From positions 108,505-172,504 of IMG/VR virus record IMGVR_UViG_3300013121_000022: a stretch of 64,000 nt of DNA; one strand, written 5' to 3'. How positions within the stretch are numbered: the first letter of the stretch is position 1; each line of letters opens with the position of its first letter. The notes beneath the pieces were generated by a model that did not search any database, had not been told where the DNA came from, and worked only from the letters and a program-made list of their open reading frames with translations. The stretch comes from a virus (Duplodnaviria; Caudoviricetes). Below, one piece after another: positions 47,534-56,380 of the stretch. The position numbers and the translations under genes were made by a program.

Positions 47534-47630
47534 GGATAGGCGGCAATGGTTGGCGCAAGCAGACCGCTTGGAAAGCGGTTAGTCGTGATAGTGATATTGC
47601 GGCTTATGGGTTCGATCCCCATCCTATCCT
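47534..47630 (+). tRNA. tRNA-Ser(GGA)
   Basis: loop TTGGAAA, long variable arm, atypical D arm. Confidence 0.82.
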
Positions 47631-47635
47631 CAATA

Positions 47636-48160
47636 ATGTTCAACGGAGTTTACGTGCAAAAGAAATTTTATCAACTCGGTGATTTTGGTCAAGCGACAAA
47701 CGAAAAGCTACCAACACCACGATTGGAATTGAGATGTGGATTAGACGTGGATTTGGCAAGTTGGCAATGGATATATCGATTGGTATTTAATGACGTTAAC
47801 GGAAATGAATCTGCTATCGATATTGCTACTGAACACACGTACGAGAATCCGGTTGCCTCTGATGGTTTGTATTTGCCCGAAGGACTTGATAACATGATTT
47901 CCAGCGACTCACTGGAATTGGGTATTCGGGCATTTGGAGTTTATGGCGCAAGAATTTTTCAAATTGGATTTGCGCCCGTAACAAACGCGTATCAGATTTT
48001 AGAAAAGGCTGAGTGTCTATCCTGTATAAGCGCGGGACGTGATCAGTCCTTAATGGTTGGCGTAACCGATTATGGATTGCAGGTGTGGTGTAAGAACTGC
48101 GATAAAAATGTTTTGCATATAGATTTTCAAGGTCGGCGTCATCCTGTTGTGTTTGGATAA
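47636..48160 (+). CDS. hypothetical protein with CxxC pairs
   Basis: CLSC, GLQVWCKNC. Confidence 0.6.
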   Translation: MFNGVYVQKKFYQLGDFGQATNEKLPTPRLELRCGLDVDLASWQWIYRLVFNDVNGNESAIDIATEHTYENPVASDGLYLPEGLDNMISSDSLELGIRAFGVYGARIFQIGFAPVTNAYQILEKAECLSCISAGRDQSLMVGVTDYGLQVWCKNCDKNVLHIDFQGRRHPVVFG

Positions 48161-48162
48161 TT

Positions 48163-48249
48163 GGAGTTGCCCATAGGCGCGGTTAGCTATCTCGAACATA
48201 GTGAAGTCGATTAATTATCGGCGTGAGAGTTCGACTCTCTCCAACTCCG
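48163..48249 (+). tRNA. tRNA-Ser(CGA), reduced D arm
   Basis: acceptor GGAGTTG/CAACTCC-G, loop CTCGAAC, long variable arm. Confidence 0.75.
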
Positions 48250-48254
48250 CACTT

Positions 48255-48425
48255 ATGAATACTGTAATAGAGCAATTCAAAATGAATCTTCCTGTATGTG
48301 AATGTTGTTTTTCGTATCTTGTCACTCTGCATTATTTGTACGACTACAAAAATAGATACTGCGAGTTTTATCGTTGCTGGTCATGCGATCATGAATGGTG
48401 GAAGCATAAAAGACGTGAAACTTAA
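48255..48425 (+). CDS. small zinc-ribbon protein
   Basis: CECC..CWSCDHEW. Confidence 0.5.
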   Translation: MNTVIEQFKMNLPVCECCFSYLVTLHYLYDYKNRYCEFYRCWSCDHEWWKHKRRET

Positions 48426-49314
48426 ATTCTTGAACTTGGGAATTGCACTTGGAATTTTTTGCGCCATTGCTTTACAGTGGCAAGGTGGGTTTGACTGCCT
48501 GTGGTTCTTTTGTCGTCCGTATCATTCTGGTACGACAATTCCGGCGTTTGGACACATATTGCTATTCCCTCTTACATTTCTATCTTTTCCGTACTCATGG
48601 ATGATGGTGGTTTTTATAACCCTATCATCCATTTTTTTTGTTCATACTGTGCTTCGTCTGTCGGATTGGTATTTAACGGTTGCATTGCTATCTCCAATAA
48701 CATGGATGGAGCTATGGTTAGGCCAAATTGAATTTTTATATATGCTTGGCGTAGCCTTGATTGTATTGGATGAAGAAAAAAGAAAATCGGATTGGTGGAC
48801 GGGAGTTGCGATCTTGCTGTTATCAGTCAAGCCTCAAATGTCGTGGTTGCTACTCGTATTCGTGGTCTGGTGGATTTATAAAGATGGTCGAAACGTGGGT
48901 GTTGTGTTTATTCCGTTGGTGCTGGCCGGACTGCTTTCGTTTTGTTTTTATGGCTGGTGGATACCAGACTGGTTGAGGGCGATTCCAAATGTGTATGGTT
49001 GGTCGGCAATATACCCTTATGGATTTTTAGCATTGCCGCTTGCATGGTTGCCTACCAATAGACGAAATAAAATTTTTCTGACGCTACTGGTATCATTGGT
49101 GGTTAATCCGCACGTCCTGATGTATCACTCGGTTTTGATCGCTCTATTTATTCCGTTTGGGCACGTGGTATCTCTGATGCTTTTTGTGTTCAAGGCATTG
49201 GACTTGAGCATTATTATTCCCTTAGCTTGTTTGTTGGTGTTTGGAATAATCTGCCTAAAAACGCCTTATCTCTTGAATATTGCTCATAAGTTAGGTATTG
49301 ACATTTATAAATAG
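48415..49314 (+). CDS. GT-C membrane glycosyltransferase (GT87/DUF2029-like)
   Basis: multi-TM; LGQIE and SVKPQ motifs. Confidence 0.7.
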   Translation: MKLKFLNLGIALGIFCAIALQWQGGFDCLWFFCRPYHSGTTIPAFGHILLFPLTFLSFPYSWMMVVFITLSSIFFVHTVLRLSDWYLTVALLSPITWMELWLGQIEFLYMLGVALIVLDEEKRKSDWWTGVAILLLSVKPQMSWLLLVFVVWWIYKDGRNVGVVFIPLVLAGLLSFCFYGWWIPDWLRAIPNVYGWSAIYPYGFLALPLAWLPTNRRNKIFLTLLVSLVVNPHVLMYHSVLIALFIPFGHVVSLMLFVFKALDLSIIIPLACLLVFGIICLKTPYLLNIAHKLGIDIYK

Positions 49315-49367
49315 TTGTCATATAATTCTCTCAACCTAAATACTATTCTTGAAGAAAGAGGATTTCA

Positions 49368-49715
49368 ATGTACGACACACTTTCACTAACCGAAAAGTTG
49401 GAGTTGTGGGGCAAACTTAAAGTTGAACTCGCGGCTCTTGAAAACGAGATCGAACCGCAAATTTTGTCGCTTGGGAATTCTCAAATTGTCGGCAAGGTTT
49501 CGGCAAAAATTTCAGAACCCCGCGATTCGTTTGACTACCAAAAAGCAGCTGCCAAGATCAAAGCCCCGTTTGCGGTAATTAAGCAACACACTACACCAGT
49601 TACAGACTGGAAAGCGGTATGTGAGGCAGTGGGTCTACCAGACAGCGTAAAAGAGATGTTCCGCATCCCAAGCAAGAACGGCAAGCGCAAGGTCAACTTC
49701 TCTCTGCTGGACTAA
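49368..49715 (+). CDS. hypothetical protein
   Basis: promoter and GAGG RBS. Confidence 0.65.
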   Translation: MYDTLSLTEKLELWGKLKVELAALENEIEPQILSLGNSQIVGKVSAKISEPRDSFDYQKAAAKIKAPFAVIKQHTTPVTDWKAVCEAVGLPDSVKEMFRIPSKNGKRKVNFSLLD

Positions 49716-49721
49716 TCAAAC

Positions 49722-49750
49722 AAAAAGACTTCCAATTGGAAGTCTTTTTT
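49722..49750. terminator. bidirectional terminator
   Basis: AAAAAGACTTCC-AATT-GGAAGTCTTTTTT. Confidence 0.85.
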
Positions 49751-49752
49751 AT

Positions 49753-50091
49753 TTAACGTCCGATCAATTCAATCGGTGGTCGCTCTCTGCCCATGACGTT
49801 ATGCCGAACGTATCTAACGTCTTTTACAACTCCATCACCGATGGGTTGAAAATCACCGAACTCCAATGGCTTGATTGTTGGCGTGGGCTTGATCAAATAC
49901 AGTCGAATGGTATCGGACACGATAACAGACACATTGTAGACAAGGGGCAAGACAAAGGGAAGGACAAACACCCATATCAATGAGACAAAGACATCTAAGG
50001 CGTTGTCCGTTGTCACGCTATATGCCGCAACACCCAACATTGCAATAAAGACACATTCCAGTGTGCATCTCCAAACAGTATTTAGTTTCAT
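49753..50091 (-). CDS. membrane protein
   Basis: two TM segments, coupled to upstream gene. Confidence 0.6.
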   Translation of the reverse strand: MKLNTVWRCTLECVFIAMLGVAAYSVTTDNALDVFVSLIWVFVLPFVLPLVYNVSVIVSDTIRLYLIKPTPTIKPLEFGDFQPIGDGVVKDVRYVRHNVMGRERPPIELIGR

Positions 50092-50852
50092 AATTTATTC
50101 TCCCGTAATTCTGCAACAAAACGATCTATTGATCGGGGTGTCAAGTTTAGATCAACGGCGGCTTGACGTTTGCTAAATGTCTCGCCCTGAGACTCTATCC
50201 AAGACAAATATGCCTTGAAACCAGACAAGCCACGTTGAAATGTCGGGACTTGTCGGCCAACTGTCTGTCCGTCCGATGCAAATACAGTTTTTGAAGTGTC
50301 TCGAATTGTCGGACTCGGAGTCTGGCCTGCTTCTAGGCGCATTTTGGTTGTCTTGAGCTTTGTCTCGTTGTAATCGCGTCGCGCCTGCTCACTGTCGATC
50401 CAGTCTTGACGATCTTTGCTCCATCTGTCAATCCGTTCTTGATATTTTCGATACTCTCCACCAAAGGCAAAAGAAAGAGTTACGATAGCAAAGATTGGCC
50501 CTAACGCCAACACACTAATCATTGTAATGTTGTTGATTCCATTGCGTTCGCCAATCGTGCTTGCTTGAATGAAATTATAGGTCAACGAAATTCCAAGCGA
50601 TACGATCAGGGCAATAACCGCTAATCTATTTCGACTGGAAATTGCCGAGAACGCTTCTGCTAACATACCGCCCTCAACGACAAGCGCCGCTAAGAAAGAT
50701 TGTTGCGGACTCATAACGGATGAAAAGGCTGAATATGCCGAGACAAATAAAGTCAATAGTCCGGCGACCAACAATCCGCCATACAAATAAAGCACTGGCG
50801 GAAACGATGGCTTAGGAATCGTGTATTCATTGCTGTTCTGCAAGTTGTCCAT
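50088..50852 (-). CDS. 4-TM membrane protein with coiled coil and C-terminal HTH
   Basis: TM block, charged helix, SKRQAAVDLNLTPRSIDRF. Confidence 0.65.
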   Translation of the reverse strand: MDNLQNSNEYTIPKPSFPPVLYLYGGLLVAGLLTLFVSAYSAFSSVMSPQQSFLAALVVEGGMLAEAFSAISSRNRLAVIALIVSLGISLTYNFIQASTIGERNGINNITMISVLALGPIFAIVTLSFAFGGEYRKYQERIDRWSKDRQDWIDSEQARRDYNETKLKTTKMRLEAGQTPSPTIRDTSKTVFASDGQTVGRQVPTFQRGLSGFKAYLSWIESQGETFSKRQAAVDLNLTPRSIDRFVAELRENKL

Positions 50853-51021
50853 AGCGTTGCTTAATCCATTCGTCTAAAGTAGATTGATGTACTCGCCATT
50901 GCCCACCAATTTTGAAACCGGGCAACTCTTTGGATCGAAAGAACCGCTTGACTGTCCATTCGTCCAATCTCAATATCTCTGCAACTTCGGTAGGAGTTAA
51001 AATTTTATCGTGCTTGTCCAT
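50827..51021 (-). CDS. excisionase-like winged HTH protein (HTH_17)
   Basis: LTPTEVAEILRL..ELPGFKIGGQWRV. Confidence 0.88.
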   Translation of the reverse strand: MDKHDKILTPTEVAEILRLDEWTVKRFFRSKELPGFKIGGQWRVHQSTLDEWIKQRYGQLAEQQ

Positions 51022-51105
51022 ATCTTAATTATGCACAATATGTAAAAATCTTGCAAATTTTCAAAATTGCTTGACGACTGTGGATCGGCGTGGTATATTC
51101 TTGCC

Positions 51106-51435
51106 ATGACAACTACTTATCCAAAACCAAACTTTTTAGCGGTCTGTTCCTGTGGTAAACGCGCAATTATTTATTACGATCATGAGACGGATGATTTTGT
51201 GCCTTCCGATTCTTCGTGGTTGTTTGTGTATCAGAGTGAAGTTGAGCCTTATGATACTCGTGGTTGGAACTGTGGTCAGGCCGGACATACATCGCATTAC
51301 ATCAACCATAGTCAACACGAATTGGATGCCGAGATAGACCTTGCCACAGCAACAAAAACGCCACAACCAGCACCCATCAAAAAACAAAAACCGAAGACAA
51401 AAACAGAAACCGACGATAAATATAGCCTGTTTTAA
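51106..51435 (+). CDS. hypothetical protein (leaderless)
   Basis: TTGACG-N17-TATATT-N6-ATG. Confidence 0.6.
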   Translation: MTTTYPKPNFLAVCSCGKRAIIYYDHETDDFVPSDSSWLFVYQSEVEPYDTRGWNCGQAGHTSHYINHSQHELDAEIDLATATKTPQPAPIKKQKPKTKTETDDKYSLF

Positions 51436-51503
51436 TCCAAATATATCGCAAGGCTGAATTTGGGATATTTGACATTTTATTTGTTTTGATCTATAATGCC
51501 TGC

Positions 51504-51728
51504 ATGTCAAAGAAAATCAAGCATCAAAAAATTTCGCTATGGAAGATCATTCGCCAAATTAATCCAGACAGCACGAGTGGTATTCTAAGACGAGATTTTG
51601 AAGACAACTGTGTTTGGGTAAATGGCAGTCCGGTCAATAGTGAAACATACCCTATTCAAAAGGGTGATGTCGTTCGATATTATCCTAATGGCGCGGGAAC
51701 TAAACCCGTATACGAGAGGAAAGTATGA
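51504..51728 (+). CDS. S4-like RNA-binding domain protein (leaderless)
   Basis: RRDFEDNCVWVNG..IQKGDVV. Confidence 0.55.
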   Translation: MSKKIKHQKISLWKIIRQINPDSTSGILRRDFEDNCVWVNGSPVNSETYPIQKGDVVRYYPNGAGTKPVYERKV

Positions 51729-51925
51729 GAACACAAACATTGAAGTTCATTGATGCTAATGGCAAAGAAGTTGATCCTTTGGACTGGTTGGCTGGTCTGA
51801 CAGGAAACTGCAAGTGCTATCGTAAGCGACGCGGCAAGTGGGTAGAAATTCTGCCGCTATGGGCTGACGAAACGACAAAGTCGAGTGTCAAACAAAACGA
51901 AACGAAAGGCCGCAAACGATCATGA
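51725..51925 (+). CDS. hypothetical protein
   Basis: GAGG RBS, coupled. Confidence 0.5.
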   Translation: MRTQTLKFIDANGKEVDPLDWLAGLTGNCKCYRKRRGKWVEILPLWADETTKSSVKQNETKGRKRS

Positions 51926-52455
51926 GAAAAATCGTCATTGTCAATAAAACACAATGGTCAACCCGCGATCTGCGCCGATTCGTCAATCGGGCGTGTCATG
52001 AGGTTCTGCTAGATCATGAAGTTCCGGTTGTGCATTGCACGTTCAAGACTGGTCGTGCCGCCTTAATTGGTGGTTGTTCGGGTTGGGCGATACTACATGG
52101 ATCGACTATGCAGGTCTGTGTTGGCAAGCAAGTTATCGATAAAATCGATCTTGCATTTGTAATTGGTCATGAGCTCGGACATCTCAAGGGTCTCAATCAT
52201 GCTCAGATGCGTGGTTCGTGTCGCTGGCGGAGAGATCGCGAAAACAAACATCGCGAGATATACAGTTGGGGTGATTCTCTGCCGCTCGCCAAGCAGGTTG
52301 TAAAAGAACACATTAGACCATCTGCCGTTGACAAGGCCGAACATTGCCAGACAATGATCAAGCAGTGGAAATCGAAAGTCAAACGCGCCAACACTGCCCT
52401 AAAGAAGTGGGAACGCAAACTGAAATACTATCAAAAGAAAGAAGATGTCGCATGA
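51922..52455 (+). CDS. zincin-like metallopeptidase domain protein
   Basis: HELGHLKGLNH. Confidence 0.7.
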   Translation: MRKIVIVNKTQWSTRDLRRFVNRACHEVLLDHEVPVVHCTFKTGRAALIGGCSGWAILHGSTMQVCVGKQVIDKIDLAFVIGHELGHLKGLNHAQMRGSCRWRRDRENKHREIYSWGDSLPLAKQVVKEHIRPSAVDKAEHCQTMIKQWKSKVKRANTALKKWERKLKYYQKKEDVA

Positions 52456-52807
52456 AGATCGCCGGTTATCCGTCTATTGCTGTTATTCGTGCAATCCGTT
52501 CTACGATCAACAAATCTCTGTGGCGCGTTAGCATGAAATTTATAATTCTCGTAATTGCGTAATGGCAATTGCCTCTGCCTATGGGCTTAAAACAGTCAGG
52601 GTATCAACTAAAAAACTTATCAACCAACTATTTGAGCTATCAAAAAGAAAAAAAGAAAGCGAATAAACATCATGGATTTCTTAGGCGTATTACTCATTGG
52701 TGGATTGGTGATCGTGTTGGTGTCTTTACTTCTGTGCATTCTGTGGTTGGAAAACGATCTGGCGATTAAAAAGTTGGCCGAAAAAATTGAGCGCAATGGA
52801 AGGATGA

Positions 52808-53614
52808 TTGACCGTGAATAAACTAAGTGTTGTATTTCCTGACGCCTATTCAGGCGGAGTAGTAGACGAGGATTTCTATGAAGAATGGCAGGCGTTTAGT
52901 GCGCTTAAAATTCCATGCTTTGTAATTGATCTCAACGAAGTGGTTAGCGATTTTTTTCCGTACCATCGTTTTCCAGAAAGTATTAAAGGCACAACTGTTG
53001 TCTATCGCGGATGGATGCTCAGTCAAGGTCGGTATCAGTGGTTGCAAGACAGCGTGGAGTATCACGGCGCAATGATGTTGACTAACATCAATCAATATCT
53101 GAACACTCACTATCTTACGAACTGGTACGACAATCTGAGGAATTTTACTCCGGCCACTGCCTTCTATCCAATTGGAACTGTCTTTAGTGATTTGCAACCT
53201 ACTGTGTTCCCCGAATGGTATAAGGGTAGTTGTTTTGTTCGCGACGCAGTCAAGTCAAACACCACGACACGCAGATCGATTGCACACACGACTCACGAAA
53301 TCAATGACATCGTAAACCTGATCGATCTATACAAGGGGTTAGAGCATTGCATTTGCCTGCGACAGATTGAACCACTTGAAAACAAAACTCGTTATTGGGT
53401 AGTGAATGGTCGTGTGTATTCTATGATCGGACAACCAAAAATCAACTTGAATGTTGATTGGAGTGTGATCGACTCGCCGTTTTACTCGCTGGACATTGCT
53501 TACAACCCCAAACTGAAATGCAATCGGATTGTTGAAATTGGGGATGGACAAGTGTCAGGTCGCAAAGGTTTACTGGCCTCTGATTTAGCCAAATTACTGC
53601 AAATTATGCGGTAA
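52808..53614 (+). CDS. ATP-grasp domain protein (DUF4343-like)
   Basis: YRGWML, FVRDAVKS, IVEIGDGQVSG. Confidence 0.8.
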   Translation: MTVNKLSVVFPDAYSGGVVDEDFYEEWQAFSALKIPCFVIDLNEVVSDFFPYHRFPESIKGTTVVYRGWMLSQGRYQWLQDSVEYHGAMMLTNINQYLNTHYLTNWYDNLRNFTPATAFYPIGTVFSDLQPTVFPEWYKGSCFVRDAVKSNTTTRRSIAHTTHEINDIVNLIDLYKGLEHCICLRQIEPLENKTRYWVVNGRVYSMIGQPKINLNVDWSVIDSPFYSLDIAYNPKLKCNRIVEIGDGQVSGRKGLLASDLAKLLQIMR

Positions 53615-53657
53615 ATTTACGCTTGACATCTATTCTTGTTTATGCTAATATACCTGC

Positions 53658-53930
53658 ATGAACAAGAGAGTGACGTATAACGCAATCAACAAAGTAATCG
53701 CCCCTGATGAACTGGTGAAGGGTGATGGCTACCACTATTTTGTCATCAACTCAGACAACAAAATTCGTGAAACCACTTCTGTGCCTGTATGTTTTCTAAG
53801 CGACTTGACTTTGGATCAATGGATGGCCGAATACGCCGAGATCAAGGCGTCCGGTCATGAACCATTCGGCGGAAATGAATGCAAATCCAATGTATGGCAT
53901 GGCACTATCGTGATACGAAAGGTCAAATGA
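53658..53930 (+). CDS. hypothetical protein (leaderless)
   Basis: TTGACA-N17-TAATAT-N6-ATG. Confidence 0.65.
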   Translation: MNKRVTYNAINKVIAPDELVKGDGYHYFVINSDNKIRETTSVPVCFLSDLTLDQWMAEYAEIKASGHEPFGGNECKSNVWHGTIVIRKVK

Positions 53931-54193
53931 ATTACGAAAACTTGGAACGCACTCAAACCCTCATCCACATTACTGCTGGTCATGGCAAAGCAGTGCACTA
54001 TGCCTACAAAACAGAGTATCGCGATCTGCAAACAAAAGAAGTTGTTGAATCGCGGATTTATTCGTTGTGCGGATCGGAAGGTGCTGGTGGTGGTTCGCGA
54101 TTGGTTCAGACCGGAATCAGTGGAACGACTGATCGTCCCGTAACTTGCAAACGATGCTTGAAGTCTTATGGAGAACCTAAACAATGTCAATGA
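53927..54193 (+). CDS. hypothetical protein
   Basis: VTCKRC motif, coupled. Confidence 0.55.
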   Translation: MNYENLERTQTLIHITAGHGKAVHYAYKTEYRDLQTKEVVESRIYSLCGSEGAGGGSRLVQTGISGTTDRPVTCKRCLKSYGEPKQCQ

Positions 54194-54666
54194 AAGATAC
54201 GGTATACAAAATCCTAAAAGCACACGGTTTAGTTGAGGAATTTGAGCAGGCCAAAGGCGGAGAGTTTCATTTGCGACTGGTCAACGATCCGTATATGCCT
54301 CTGGTCATCGAAAAAATTTCCGACAACGAGGTTTCGGTTGCTCACTACGGAGAATTAAACGGCGATGCCATGCGTAATCCAGAGATGGTATTCAAAATTG
54401 TGCCCGATACATCAATCAGGCTGACAAAAAAAGGTATGGTCAAAAAAGACATCGTTGTTTGGAAACCCACTTACTTCCGCAACGACTACATGGGAGCTGA
54501 ATCATTTGTCTATAACGTTCGGGAAGGCGTCGAATATTACGGTGCAACACTTGCTATGTCGCTAAAATCGTTTCAGGCTATGTGGTCAAAAAATTTAATT
54601 GATCAGGGCTTTGCCAAGAAAGATTGTATTGCCATTTCAAATACGCACAACCTGAAAGAGAAATAA
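54184..54666 (+). CDS. DUF1249/DUF6908-like protein
   Basis: YMPLVIE..VAHYGELNGDAMRNPEMVF..WSKNLIDQGF. Confidence 0.75.
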   Translation: MSMKDTVYKILKAHGLVEEFEQAKGGEFHLRLVNDPYMPLVIEKISDNEVSVAHYGELNGDAMRNPEMVFKIVPDTSIRLTKKGMVKKDIVVWKPTYFRNDYMGAESFVYNVREGVEYYGATLAMSLKSFQAMWSKNLIDQGFAKKDCIAISNTHNLKEK

Positions 54667-54820
54667 TGCTATACATGGTGGTTGCAGGAAAACGAAGAAT
54701 CGAAATTTCAACTAACTGATCAGGGATCGCTATGTTGTACACCTATACCTGTGATGATAGATTTGATTCTTGACAAGCAAGAGTAATTGTGTATAATCAG
54801 CCTTAGTTCTTTAACAATTT

Positions 54821-55133
54821 GGGAGCGACAGGATTCGACGGATACAGATAGCTGACGGATCGATCACAAAATAACTGACAATACTTCTAAAGAAGTTGCA
54901 CAGTTTGAAGCAATGTTCGCACAGTTCGCCTCACAGGGAGCTGTCATCGCCGCCTAAAGCGGTTCGCAGTGACGTTTGTGTATTCGTATAAATACACTGG
55001 TGGCCTTTCATCCCCGCACGTTCGGCAACTCGTAAAGTTGTCCCTTACTTCGCTAGGTTAAACGAAGAATGATCGTAACATCTGAAAGCACATGATCGGT
55101 AGACGGACGTGGGTTCAATTCCCACCGCTTCCA
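54821..55133 (+). ncRNA. ssrA: tmRNA
   Basis: GGGAGCGACAGGATTCGAC start, G3-U acceptor, T arm GGGTTCAATTCCC, tag ORF 54877-54957 after ATAACT ending IAA-stop; own promoter. Confidence 0.95.
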
Positions 55134-55373
55134 CTAGACTACATCAAGCAAAGAACACTTGATTAGCCGTACAAGCAGAGTAGGTTTATTGGAGATAAAC
55201 AATGAATACCAATAATAACAACAACTGCAATCAGTTCTAACGGCAAGCGATGCTTGCCCGACTAGATAGGCGTCGGGCAAGCGTCGTTTGCTAAACGAGG
55301 CGTTGAAAATCTCCTACGCCTACAAAGCCGAAAGGCCGGAGCGTTAGACAGGAGTAACTTAAAAACTGAATAT

Positions 55374-55446
55374 TGCCGCGTAGCATAATGGTAGTGCGCC
55401 TGCCTTTGAAGCAGGGTCAGCAGAGGTTCGATTCCTCTGGCGGCAA
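55374..55446 (+). tRNA. tRNA-Gln(TTG)
   Basis: loop CTTTGAA. Confidence 0.88.
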
Positions 55447-55482
55447 CATGCGTTTTTTGGTGTCGCATCGAACAACCATCTT

Positions 55483-55553
55483 TGTCTTGTCGTATATTGG
55501 TATTATGGGAAGCTCTGAACTTCCAGAACGAGGTTCGATTCCTTGCGAGACAG
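55483..55553 (+). tRNA. tRNA-Gln(CTG)
   Basis: loop CTCTGAA. Confidence 0.88.
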
Positions 55554-55569
55554 CTAGAAAGAGAAAAAC

Positions 55570-55947
55570 ATGATAATTACCAGCGAACAAATTGATGCCT
55601 TGATTAGAATGTTTGGCGAACTTGGATCAACTGCCTATACCATTGCCTTAACAAAAGTGTATGCCGATGGTATTGTTAATTTGGTCTGGTCGGTTGGCGT
55701 GTTTGGCCTTTCGATTGTCGCTTGGACTGTAGCGGCTTATACGGGTCGTTATCGGGAAAAACATGACGACGATCTATCGAGAGACGGTGTGGGAGTTCTG
55801 TGGGCAGTCCAAGTTATCGCATGGGTGATAATGACAGTCAGTATTTTTGTGTCATTATCCGCTCTGTCAAACGGCGTTAGTCGAATGATTGCGCCGGAAT
55901 GGTGGGCGATTCAGGAACTGGTCGACCTGAGCAAAACACTACGATGA
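55570..55947 (+). CDS. membrane protein
   Basis: two TM segments. Confidence 0.65.
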   Translation: MIITSEQIDALIRMFGELGSTAYTIALTKVYADGIVNLVWSVGVFGLSIVAWTVAAYTGRYREKHDDDLSRDGVGVLWAVQVIAWVIMTVSIFVSLSALSNGVSRMIAPEWWAIQELVDLSKTLR

Positions 55948-56252
55948 ACATTCAATGCAAACACTGCGGGAGTATCAATCGAGTTGTCAAAGTCAACAAT
56001 GATTTTGACAGACCTTATATCAGTTGTGACGTGTGTCGATCTGTTTTAGTTGTAAACACAACTCGATTGAAATTGAATGCGTTTTTCTGGAACACCCTGC
56101 TATATTTGATTGTGGTCGATCTATTTGTTGGCATAGCCTGTTTAGCATTTCAAGGTATATTGCATCAATGGATTGAACCGGATGCTACTGTGTTGTATGT
56201 GCTGTCGGCGGTAACAGCAATCAATATTGTGGCAATAAAGATTACAAACTGA
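55944..56252 (+). CDS. zinc-ribbon membrane protein
   Basis: CKHC..CDVC plus two TM. Confidence 0.55.
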   Translation: MNIQCKHCGSINRVVKVNNDFDRPYISCDVCRSVLVVNTTRLKLNAFFWNTLLYLIVVDLFVGIACLAFQGILHQWIEPDATVLYVLSAVTAINIVAIKITN

Positions 56253-56253
56253 T

Positions 56254-56326
56254 GCCGATGTAGCTTAGTTGGTAGAGCGTATCCCTCATAAGGATAAGGT
56301 CAAGGGTTCAAGTCCCTTCATCGGCA
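56254..56326 (+). tRNA. tRNA-Met(CAT) elongator (or Ile2)
   Basis: loop CTCATAA, paired 1-72. Confidence 0.88.
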
Positions 56327-56380
56327 CAAGAAAATCAATAACCCGATGTGTTGTTGATTTTTTATTTAACGAGAGAGATC

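Noticed and set aside
6350-56326. Theta (HDV-like) or hammerhead ribozymes at tRNA 3' ends
   Set aside because: No trailer checked showed the full HDV P1-P2-P3 order, and CTGATGA cores were found only in coding DNA; a descriptor search could still find some
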